Shown here: one piece after another, positions 18,857-26,955 of the stretch | Position numbering within the stretch: the stretch's first letter is position 1 | Layout: each line of letters starts with the position of its first letter | NCBI GenBank assembly: GCA_033720975.1 | Contig: JAWWBL010000001.1 | Location: 8,611-72,610, forward strand | Direction: 5' to 3' | From: Acidimicrobiia bacterium | Lineage (GTDB): Bacteria; Actinomycetota; Acidimicrobiia; Spongiisociales; ZC4RG35 | DNA length: 64,000 nt | Notes under the pieces: generated by a model | Told to the model about the DNA's origin: nothing | Seen by the model: the letters and a program-made list of their open reading frames with translations, nothing else | The model's database searches: none | Translations under genes and position numbers: made by a program

Positions 18857-20539
18857 CTAGTTGGGCCAGGCCTTCCCGCTAAGCGCCTGCTCCTGTACAC
18901 GAGCCAGCGTCAGCTCGAGGCGGAAAACGGTTTCTCCGTCGCTGCGGAAGTGCGATAGGGACCCGCCCATCATCTCAGCCAGTTGGCGAGCCACCGACAG
19001 ACCCAAGCCCACAGAGCCAGGAACTCCCTGGTGCGAGCTGGCATAGGGCTCGAAGATCCGCTCAGTGTCCTCGTCCGGAACGCCATCTCCGTCATCTCTC
19101 ACCTCGAGCCATGCGATTCCTTCTGACGAACCGGACAAGATTCTGAGGGTCGGTCCGCCGTACCGCTCGGCGTTGGTGAGCAGGTTTCGAATGATCTGGC
19201 GGAGTCGGTTTGGATCGGCCATAACGACATCTGACGACTCCGGGATCTCGGATACACGAACGGTCATTCCCCGCAAGGTGGTGTCAAGGGCGTCACCGAG
19301 GCTGACCGGCTCCGACTCGATCGTGATGTTGCCGCTCTCGACCCGGGCCGCAACGAGCAGATCTTCGACGATGTGCGACATCTCCTCGGCCTGCCCACTC
19401 ACCAGGTGCATCAGCTCATCGCGCTCACCCTCGCTAAGTGAGGACCCTGTCATCTCCCGAGTCAGCCCCATCACCGCCGTGAGGGGCGTGCGAAGTTCGT
19501 GGCTCACCCGGGCTATGAATTCGCTCTTGGAGCGGACCAAGTCGGCCATCGCCTCCTGACGGGACCTCATGAGGGTTACATCCGCCATTCCCACCAAGAC
19601 TGTGGAACCCGGCACGCCAGACGAAACGTCTACCGACCTCAGCTGCAGCCACATCGGTGTGCCTTTCATGCTGATGGCGGGTGTCTCCTGCTCAAACACG
19701 GACGACCCTTCGTATAGGGCAACCAGCGCGTCGACAAACGCAGGAAGTGTCTCGTCGGTGATCTTGTCCCCGTCCCGGTACCCGAGGAGCTCCTCAGGCC
19801 CATCGGCCTCGAGCAGCGTCACCGCGGCCGAATTAACCCTGACGATCCTCGCCCTGCCGACCGCTCGGCGCACCACTTCTGGATATGCCATCAGGAACGG
19901 TCGGATCCGCTCAGGCTTGCCGGTGTACTCGGAGCGAACGTAGGCGAGTGCCTTCGACCAGTCTTCCTCCATCACCGCTGTGGGCGAGTGCTCGAAGAGC
20001 ATTTGAAACCGGGCGTTCAGAGCCGAGGCAGCCTTGCTGACCGTCATGAAGATCGCAGCCGTGAGCAGGAAGCTGAGCGACATCCCCAGACCAAGCCGAA
20101 ATCCTTCGCCTGAAGCAGTCATCCAAAGTTGGGGAGCGGCGAATAGCCCCACTCCAATGACAGCCAACGCTATGCGTTGGCCGCGGGTCACGAAGAGCAT
20201 GCCTATCGCACAGATCACCACTAGAGATACCGCGGCGGGGAGCAAGGTGTCCTCGGTCCCGGCGACCACCACCCAGACCATCACCACAATGGCAGCGCCG
20301 ACCATGGCAACTCCGGCGTTCTCACGCCTGACCAGCACAAGGGCGGTCATGAAGGAAGCAGCGAGGACAGGAGCGACGGATTGAACGAACAGATGAGTCT
20401 GTCCCGAGAGGAACCCGGAAACGAGGAAGATCGCCGATGCTGCCCAGGCTGAAGCGGCCCCGACGCGCACCACCCGACGGTGGACATGGGCCATCTCGCC
20501 GGCGGCACCGATCAGCGACTCCGGAAGTGGAGAGGTCAT
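18857..20539 (-). CDS. Sensor histidine kinase (multi-TM sensor, HisKA + HATPase_c); no cognate response regulator nearby
   Basis: N-terminal 5-6 TM helices, H-box SHELRTPLTAVMG, and the N/G-box region LLTNAERYGG ... GLGLSVARQLAEMMGG. Confidence 0.85.
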   Translation of the reverse strand: MTSPLPESLIGAAGEMAHVHRRVVRVGAASAWAASAIFLVSGFLSGQTHLFVQSVAPVLAASFMTALVLVRRENAGVAMVGAAIVVMVWVVVAGTEDTLLPAAVSLVVICAIGMLFVTRGQRIALAVIGVGLFAAPQLWMTASGEGFRLGLGMSLSFLLTAAIFMTVSKAASALNARFQMLFEHSPTAVMEEDWSKALAYVRSEYTGKPERIRPFLMAYPEVVRRAVGRARIVRVNSAAVTLLEADGPEELLGYRDGDKITDETLPAFVDALVALYEGSSVFEQETPAISMKGTPMWLQLRSVDVSSGVPGSTVLVGMADVTLMRSRQEAMADLVRSKSEFIARVSHELRTPLTAVMGLTREMTGSSLSEGERDELMHLVSGQAEEMSHIVEDLLVAARVESGNITIESEPVSLGDALDTTLRGMTVRVSEIPESSDVVMADPNRLRQIIRNLLTNAERYGGPTLRILSGSSEGIAWLEVRDDGDGVPDEDTERIFEPYASSHQGVPGSVGLGLSVARQLAEMMGGSLSHFRSDGETVFRLELTLARVQEQALSGKAWPN

Positions 20540-20675
20540 GGCTCTTTATCGACTAAGCCCTAGCGGGAGAACACCGGTCGCTAGACCCATTCACGACGGG
20601 TGGTTTCGACGTTTGAGTTGCCCGATCTGATCTGCTGTATCGTCGCGTCTCGCAGCTCCAGATCGAGAGGCGCCA

Positions 20676-22238
20676 ATGGCTTTCAAAATCACATACGCAA
20701 CGATGTCGGCCGACAACGAGGAGCTGAACACTGCGTACGAGAAGGCAGTGGTTGAGGTCGAGTCGAAATTGGGCCAGACCCACGGGGTCATAGTCGACGG
20801 CGAGTCACGCACCGATCGCGAGCTCTACGAGGAGTTGTCCCCGCTCGACCGAGACATCCTCGTCGGACGCTATGCCCAGGCGACCGAAGAGGACGTTGAT
20901 GATGCGGTGGCAGCGGCGAAGCGGTTCGGGCCTGAGTGGGAGAACGTGGGGTGGGAGGCGCGGAGAGATCTGATGCTCCGTGCCGCTGACATCATGGAGG
21001 AGCAGACCTTCGAGATATCCGCGCTCATGTCCTACGAGATCGGGAAGAGCCGTCTCGAGGCGCTGGGAGATGTCGCGGAAACGGTTGAGTTCTTCCGCTA
21101 CTACTCGAGCCAGATCACCGACCACGACGGATTCGAGATCGAGCTGAACGCGCTCGGCCCCAACGAGAAGAACACCTCGGTTCTCAGGCCCTACGGCGTG
21201 TGGGCCGTCGTGGCGCCGTTCAATTTCCCGATGGCCCTGGCAGCGGGCCCATCCATCGGCGCGCTGATCACAGGAAACACCGTTGTGCTCAAGCCTTCCA
21301 ACACCGGCGCCCTGATGGCTTTCGAGTTCTATCGGGTAATGCGCGAGGCCGGCCTGCCTCCTGGCGCTCTCCACATTCTCTCGGGCGCGGGGAGTGTCGC
21401 CGGGGAGTTGCTGACCCACCACGACGACGTGGACGGCATCACCTTCACGGGGTCCTATCCGGTCGGCATGCACCTGCTGAACACGGCGAGCGCCAAGCGG
21501 CCCAAGCCCGTCTCTTGTGAGATGGGTGGGAAGAACCCCGTCATCGTCACCAAATCCGCCGACCTCGACACGGCCACCCAGGGGATCATCAGGGGGGCTT
21601 TCGGGCTTAGCGGTCAGAAGTGCAGCGCCACCTCCCGGGTATACATCGAAGACGACGTATACGACGAGATGGTCGACCGTATCGTGGAGGCGACGGAGTC
21701 CCTGAAGGTGGGAAGCCCCTTTGAACGGGACACCTTCACTGGTCCTGTCATCGATCGACGAGCAGTCGAGCGTTTCCAACGCTCCGTCGAGGAAGTCGAG
21801 AAGTCGGGCGGCGAGGTGCTCGCCGGTGGAGAGGTCCTCACCGACGGCGACCTCGTAAGGGGGTACTTCGTCGAGCCGACCGTGGTGACGGCACCCCTCG
21901 ACTCGTGGATCTGGCGCGAAGAGCTCTTCATGCCGTTTCTCACGGTCACCAAGGTCAGAAGCCTCGATGAGGGCATCGCCCTCTCCAACGACACTGAGTT
22001 CGGCCTCACAGCAGGGCTGTTCTCCAGCGATGACGAGGAGATCGAGAAGTGGTTCTCCCGCATTCAGGCGGGGGTGACATATGTCAACAGGGCCGCCGGC
22101 GCGACCACCGGAGCGTGGCCAGACATTCAGTCCTTCGGAGGATGGAAGGGATCGGGAACCTCAGGAGCGGGTGGTGGCGGTCCGTGGTATCTACGTCAAT
22201 ACCTCAGGGAGCAGTCCCGCACCCTGATCAGGCCCTAA
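20676..22238 (+). CDS. L-glutamate gamma-semialdehyde (1-pyrroline-5-carboxylate) dehydrogenase, ALDH superfamily
   Basis: The N-terminal pattern through ETVEFFRYYSSQ parallels RocA/PruA-type P5CDH. ALDH catalytic region FGLSGQKCSATSR and a nucleotide-binding GSxxVG-like motif are present. Confidence 0.75.
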   Translation: MAFKITYATMSADNEELNTAYEKAVVEVESKLGQTHGVIVDGESRTDRELYEELSPLDRDILVGRYAQATEEDVDDAVAAAKRFGPEWENVGWEARRDLMLRAADIMEEQTFEISALMSYEIGKSRLEALGDVAETVEFFRYYSSQITDHDGFEIELNALGPNEKNTSVLRPYGVWAVVAPFNFPMALAAGPSIGALITGNTVVLKPSNTGALMAFEFYRVMREAGLPPGALHILSGAGSVAGELLTHHDDVDGITFTGSYPVGMHLLNTASAKRPKPVSCEMGGKNPVIVTKSADLDTATQGIIRGAFGLSGQKCSATSRVYIEDDVYDEMVDRIVEATESLKVGSPFERDTFTGPVIDRRAVERFQRSVEEVEKSGGEVLAGGEVLTDGDLVRGYFVEPTVVTAPLDSWIWREELFMPFLTVTKVRSLDEGIALSNDTEFGLTAGLFSSDDEEIEKWFSRIQAGVTYVNRAAGATTGAWPDIQSFGGWKGSGTSGAGGGGPWYLRQYLREQSRTLIRP

Positions 22239-23308
22239 CCCTCCTGGAGTCTGATGGTGAGCCCGTCCGGATCGATGATCTCGAGATAATCCTCTCGTGC
22301 GTCTGGTACGACCCCGATCGTGCCCAGATGGTCCTTCCAGCGGCTCAGATCTTCCACCTGAAAAACGAGGGCCTCGGGCCGGTTTGAAACACCTTCTATC
22401 AATTCGATCTGACGACCCTGACTCGCTTCGACCACCGCGGCGTCGCCATCCCGACTCCGCGGGACCCGGGTGAACCCGAGCTTGTCGATGTAGAAATCGA
22501 TCGCCTGCTCCATGGAGCTGACGCCAATCGCGGTTCGCACTGCCGTCACCCCACCTGGAGCGACCGACGGCCCTCGCCCCGCCAGGACCTCCTTGGCCTC
22601 TTCGACCGTGAACCTCCCTGCCGTCACTTCGCGGCCCACGACGACCGCCCCCAGACGGCGGCCGGAGCTTTCGAGCTGAGTGAGCCTCGTGAGGTCCTCG
22701 AGGTTGCGGACTCCCCCGGAGGCAATCACCGGCTCCTCGACGATGTCCATCGCCTCGGCAAGGATCCGGTAATTGGGTGGTTCGGAGAGGGCGTCGCGAC
22801 CCGCCTCGGTTATGAGGAAGGCAACAGCGCCGGCCGAGGACATCTCGATGAGGACCTCTTCGAGGAATCGACCGCTGTTCTTGGTCCATCCTCGTGTCGC
22901 CAGCTCGTCGTTGTCCCGAACGTCGAGCGAGACGGCGATCTTCCCGGGATGATCCCGGCAGAGGTCCCACACCATCAGCTGGTTCTCGATGGCGGCGGTA
23001 CCCATGACGATCCGCCAGGCGCCGAAGTCGATGAGCCGTTCCGCTTCGCCCTCGGAGCGCACGCCACCGGCGAGCTGGACCGGGATGTCTACCGATTCGA
23101 CGATCCGCGAAAGCAGTTCTCTGTTGCGGTAGTCGCCGTACGCGGCAGCATCGAGATCGACGATGAGGAGGGCGTCCACACCCTGCTGCTCCCAGTTCTT
23201 GGCACGGCTTATCGGGTCGTTGTCGAGGGGGATCGCGTCGGAGATGTCGCCGTGTGGGAGCCGCACCGAAAGCCCACCGAGAATGTTGATGCGGGCATAC
23301 AGATCCAT
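22235..23308 (-). CDS. HisA/PriA-like (beta/alpha)8 isomerase fused to a C-terminal VOC/glyoxalase-like domain
   Basis: MDLYARINILGGLSVRLPHGDI ... VDLDAA ... IPVQLAGGVRS ... VIASGGVRNLEDL follows the HisA layout. C-terminal ~110 aa (MEQAIDFYIDKLGFTRV ... LEIIDPDGLTIRLQE) are glyoxalase/VOC-like. The track ORF runs to 23896; that N-terminal stretch is a non-coding-like extension. An alternative ATG lies at 23332. Confidence 0.65.
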   Translation of the reverse strand: MDLYARINILGGLSVRLPHGDISDAIPLDNDPISRAKNWEQQGVDALLIVDLDAAAYGDYRNRELLSRIVESVDIPVQLAGGVRSEGEAERLIDFGAWRIVMGTAAIENQLMVWDLCRDHPGKIAVSLDVRDNDELATRGWTKNSGRFLEEVLIEMSSAGAVAFLITEAGRDALSEPPNYRILAEAMDIVEEPVIASGGVRNLEDLTRLTQLESSGRRLGAVVVGREVTAGRFTVEEAKEVLAGRGPSVAPGGVTAVRTAIGVSSMEQAIDFYIDKLGFTRVPRSRDGDAAVVEASQGRQIELIEGVSNRPEALVFQVEDLSRWKDHLGTIGVVPDAREDYLEIIDPDGLTIRLQEG

Positions 23309-23360
23309 GAAGAGACCGTACCGGCCCTTCATTTCTACCGGGTTAACAAGGTCGAAACTG

Positions 23361-23415
23361 CAAACCTCAGGTAGGTAGCGCCCTATACGGGCGCTAACAG
23401 TCTCAAGAAAGCGGA
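23361..23415. repeat. 55-nt intergenic hairpin element, copy 1 (core GTAGCGCCC-TATAC-GGGCGCTAC)
   Basis: Near-identical to 52311..52365, with 4 mismatches over about 55 nt. Lies downstream of the Nfo-PolDom gene and upstream of the HisA-VOC gene. Confidence 0.7.
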
Positions 23416-25221
23416 TCAGGCGATCCCGAGCGCCTCTTCGGCAGCGTCGAGGGTCTGGCCTCCGTCGAGAACCGGTGCAAACAAGTCGCCGTACCGCTGA
23501 AGCCGGTCCCATAGGTTGGCGATGGTGATCTCGCCGTTTGCCACGGAACCGACCTCGTCCCATGTCAAAGGAACTGATACGGGCGCACCCGGCAGCGGGC
23601 GGACTGAATAGACCGAGGCGACCGTCTGGCCCGAAGCGTTCCGGTTGTGATCGATGAAGACCTTTCCCTTTCGCTTCGGTTTCTCCCAGTCCATCGTGAT
23701 GTCGTCGGGGTTGGCTGCGGCGAGATAGGTACCCACCTCCCCGACGAAACGGCGAACTCTCGAGTAATCGTGCACAGGGTCCAGCGGGACATAGACATGC
23801 AGCCCCTTCGAGCCGGAGAGCTTGGGATATCCCTTGAGGCCCAACTGCCCTAGGGCAACGCTGAGCAGCTTCGCCCCGGCGCACACCTGGTCCCAATCAG
23901 ATCCATCGGCGGGGTCGAAGTCGAACACGGCATAGGAGGGCATTTCGAGTGACCCCTCGGCCGAGTGGAAGGGATGGAACTCGATACACCCCATGTTGGC
24001 GAACCACATCACCGCCTCGGCCGAGTCGGCGAGGAGAAAGTCGATCACCCCACCCTGGGAGTCCGACTCAACCGGAGTCGTCCGCATCCAGTCTGGCTGA
24101 TGGCCTGGAGCCCTCTTCTCATAGAAGGAAGGGCCGCCAATCCCGTCGGGGTATCGCGACATCGAAATCGGACGGCCCGCCAGATGGGGAAGCAGCACTG
24201 GTGCCACCGATGTGTAGTACTGGATGAGGTCGCCTTTGGTGTAACCCTCATCGGGGAAGAACACCTTGTCGATGTTGCTGAACGTGATGGGGCGGTCGAT
24301 GGCAAGAGGCACAAAACGTTCACCATCCTTGGAAACCCTGACTGGGTTGGGAAACTCGATTGGTGCACTTGCCAAGGGACGCCCATCCGTAGCGCCAACG
24401 CTCCCGATGTGAGCCTGGATCTCCTCCCAGATCAGCCCATGGCTGGCGTTGTCTCGCGCCTCGGAGATGAGGACCATCGGCATCGCCATCTGCTCGGCGG
24501 CCCTGATCAATGGCCCGACCCGCAAACTCCCCTCCCCATAAGGGACGTGGCGGATCTCCCCTGACTTGCCGAACTCGTTGTCGGAGAACTGGGCTTGGAG
24601 GGGGGTGATCATCCATCCAGGGAAGCTGTCGCGGACGAAGCTCAACACAGACTCGAAGGCATCCTGGGAGATCAGCCCGCCCTGGGTCATGGCGTGGATG
24701 TGGGCCCAGTCGACCACCGGCCTGACAAATGAGAACTCTGCCGCCAGTTGGGCGATGTCGCCGAGGGAGCCGAACTGGCCCCTGTTGCCAGCCGTCTCCA
24801 GGCCCAGCCCCACCCCAAGGTTCTCGATCTTGGCCGCTATGAATTCGATGCGGGAACGCACGCGATTCATCAGCACGGCGGGCTCCTCCCCATGGGTGGC
24901 GCCAAAGTGAGCAACGATGACCGGTGCCCCCAGGGCACGGCCCAGCTTCATGGTGTGCTCGAGAGCATGGGCCGACTGCCGGCCGCGCTCCTCGTCCTCG
25001 ATGGTCAGGCCAACGAAATATGGGGCATGCACCGACAACCGGATGCCCCGCTCGGCAGCGAGCTCCCCGAATGCCTCGCAACGCTTCTCCTTCCAGGGGA
25101 AACCCTGGGTGAAGGGAAGCTCCAGCGCACGGTGACCGTGCTCAATCAGGCCGTCCAGGAACGAGACGTCATCCCCGTCGTCGGGAGGCAGCTCAGAAAT
25201 GCCGAATCGCAGCGAGAGCAT
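23416..25221 (-). CDS. Fusion protein: N-terminal endonuclease IV (Nfo)-like AP-endonuclease TIM barrel + C-terminal LigD-type polymerase (primase-polymerase, PolDom) domain
   Basis: N-terminus: SVHAPYFVGL, LETAGNRGQFG, VDWAHIHA and RHVPYGEGSL parallel the Nfo metal-ligand blocks (HxSYLINL, ENTAGQG, DTCH, HxxLGEG). C-terminus: KVFFPDEGYTKGDLIQYY, SGSKGLHVYVPL and KVFIDHNRNASGQTVASVYSVRPLPGAPVSVPLTWDEV are hallmark LigD-Pol/Prim-Pol motifs. Confidence 0.8.
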   Translation of the reverse strand: MLSLRFGISELPPDDGDDVSFLDGLIEHGHRALELPFTQGFPWKEKRCEAFGELAAERGIRLSVHAPYFVGLTIEDEERGRQSAHALEHTMKLGRALGAPVIVAHFGATHGEEPAVLMNRVRSRIEFIAAKIENLGVGLGLETAGNRGQFGSLGDIAQLAAEFSFVRPVVDWAHIHAMTQGGLISQDAFESVLSFVRDSFPGWMITPLQAQFSDNEFGKSGEIRHVPYGEGSLRVGPLIRAAEQMAMPMVLISEARDNASHGLIWEEIQAHIGSVGATDGRPLASAPIEFPNPVRVSKDGERFVPLAIDRPITFSNIDKVFFPDEGYTKGDLIQYYTSVAPVLLPHLAGRPISMSRYPDGIGGPSFYEKRAPGHQPDWMRTTPVESDSQGGVIDFLLADSAEAVMWFANMGCIEFHPFHSAEGSLEMPSYAVFDFDPADGSDWDQVCAGAKLLSVALGQLGLKGYPKLSGSKGLHVYVPLDPVHDYSRVRRFVGEVGTYLAAANPDDITMDWEKPKRKGKVFIDHNRNASGQTVASVYSVRPLPGAPVSVPLTWDEVGSVANGEITIANLWDRLQRYGDLFAPVLDGGQTLDAAEEALGIA

Positions 25222-25270
25222 TGGTAATGCAGGTTACGGCCAACCACGGTCGGGGAATTACCCTTCGTCC

Positions 25271-25343
25271 GGGTCCCTAGCTCAACTGGCAGAGCACCGG
25301 GCTTTTAACCCGTTGGTTGTGGGTTCGAGTCCCACGGGACCCA
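25271..25343 (+). tRNA. tRNA-Lys (anticodon TTT)
   Basis: Cloverleaf folds by hand. Acceptor GGGTCCC/GGGACCC, D-arm GCTC...GAGC, anticodon stem CGGGC/GCCCG with loop CTTTTAA, T-arm GGGTTCGAGTCCC. CCA is not encoded. Confidence 0.85.
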
Positions 25344-25381
25344 CAGCACTGTCCCGCCCGATTCGTCTCCGGATCCGGACT

Positions 25382-25726
25382 TCACATCGAGCGGGATGGG
25401 CGTGACAGCCAGAGGCCGATTATCGCCACTGCGGCCAGGACCAGAAAGATGATCTGAAACTCCTCTCCGAGGAGGAAGATTGCGATCAACACCAATGCGA
25501 CCGGATAGAGCAACAGTGCCCTCCAGGCGGAAGCGTCACCACTTCGGAGGGGACGCACCGCCATCGCCAGAGCAACGGCCGAGATGACGATAACCGCGAT
25601 CCCCATCACTCGATCCTCCGGCTCTGCGACCGCGGGATAGATCCCGCTGAGCAGTATGAGACCAGCGACTACGGCTACAAGAAGCCAGCCTTTCCCGGTC
25701 TTCGTCGTTGATTGCGGTTGCATCAC
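25382..25726 (-). CDS. Small integral membrane protein (hypothetical)
   Basis: 114-aa ORF with three hydrophobic helices and no recognisable motif. Confidence 0.4.
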   Translation of the reverse strand: MMQPQSTTKTGKGWLLVAVVAGLILLSGIYPAVAEPEDRVMGIAVIVISAVALAMAVRPLRSGDASAWRALLLYPVALVLIAIFLLGEEFQIIFLVLAAVAIIGLWLSRPSRSM

Positions 25727-25980
25727 GTCACCTCACGTCAGTCTGGCCTTCTCCAAAGTTGTAGCACACCAGCTCGACCGTTGATCGGGGGGGACCGCCC
25801 CCCATGAAGGGCCGCTATCTGAAATCAGGATCCCTTCCGGGACCCACCGAACCGGCCCGGAGCTGCCCAAGCATGACTGGGTTGGACGATTCCGCGCCGG
25901 CCGAGACCTCCAAACCTGAGCGCCATCTGCCACGAACCCTGCATGCGGCTCGAAAGACGGGTCGCGAGAGGAGAAGTTAG

Positions 25981-26955
25981 ATGAGCTCATTCATCAAGAA
26001 GCTCGGTGTTGGGGCGGTTGCCCTGGCGCTGGTGGCCCTGGCGGCGATGCCAGGTGCGCTTTCAGCGGCCGATCACCTCGATGCCCCCGGCCTTACATCC
26101 CCGGGAGGGGATAGTCGGCTCGACATCGGTGATCTGTACGCATTCAAGGACGGCTCGTACACGTCGATGATCCAGACCGTCAACCCGCTAACCGCGCCGG
26201 GGTTGAACCACGGGTTCCACCCGAGTGCTCGCTACGAGTTCATGGTCGATCAGACCGGCAATGCCAAGCCTGACCTTCGATACAGCGTCGAGTTCGGCGC
26301 TCAGCGGCCCGACGGTGAGCAATGGATGACCCTCCGCCAGCTGCCCGCCGACGGCGGTGGCTCGGTGATCGCCGAGGGCTGGACCGGCACCACACTGGAA
26401 GTGGCCGGCGGCGGATGGATCAGGGCGGATGTCTATGACGATCCGTTCTTCTTCGACCTGATCTCGTTCCTGGACAACCTCAACTTCTGCACGGTCGACC
26501 CGGCTCCTGACACTCTTGCAGGCGCCAACGTGTCGGCCATCGTGCTGAAGGTCCCTGCGGCGACTGTCGCCGGAACCGGCGATAGCCAAGTCGGAGTGTG
26601 GGCCCGCACCGTCCTCGACGAAGACCAGGTCGACCGCATCGGGTTTCCCGCAATCAACACCGTCTTCATCCCATCTGGTGTGAAGAACACCTACAACGAG
26701 ACCAAGCCGCGACTGGACTCGAAGAAGTTCAGCCAATACTTGGCCCCGTTCGACGGCGTACTGCTACCCGACATTCTGCCGCTGGACACGGCGAGCTCGG
26801 CCGGATTCGAGGTGTTCAACGGCCGTCAACTCGCGGATGACGTCATCGACATCGAGTTGAACATCATCACTGGTGGAGCAATCCCCAGTGACTGCGTCGA
26901 CGCCAACGACCGAGCGTTCTCAGCAACGTTCCCCTACCTGGCACCGAAGCATTGA
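25981..26955 (+). CDS. Secreted DUF4331-family protein
   Basis: Signal peptide followed by AADHLDAPGL...DIGDLYAF, which is the conserved N-terminal block of DUF4331 proteins. Confidence 0.65.
   Translation: MSSFIKKLGVGAVALALVALAAMPGALSAADHLDAPGLTSPGGDSRLDIGDLYAFKDGSYTSMIQTVNPLTAPGLNHGFHPSARYEFMVDQTGNAKPDLRYSVEFGAQRPDGEQWMTLRQLPADGGGSVIAEGWTGTTLEVAGGGWIRADVYDDPFFFDLISFLDNLNFCTVDPAPDTLAGANVSAIVLKVPAATVAGTGDSQVGVWARTVLDEDQVDRIGFPAINTVFIPSGVKNTYNETKPRLDSKKFSQYLAPFDGVLLPDILPLDTASSAGFEVFNGRQLADDVIDIELNIITGGAIPSDCVDANDRAFSATFPYLAPKH

Noticed and set aside
22235-23896. 553-aa minus-strand ORF
   Set aside because: The N-terminal ~190 residues are Arg/Pro/Gly-rich, typical of out-of-frame GC-rich sequence. 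The recognisable HisA fold starts at MDLYARI (23308), so I trimmed it.
25785-25805. GGGGGGGACCGCCCCCC G/C hairpin in the divergent region upstream of the DUF4331 gene
   Set aside because: It lies between two divergent starts, so it cannot act as a terminator for either. It is possibly regulatory, but it is a lone short G/C run with no partner motif I could recognise.
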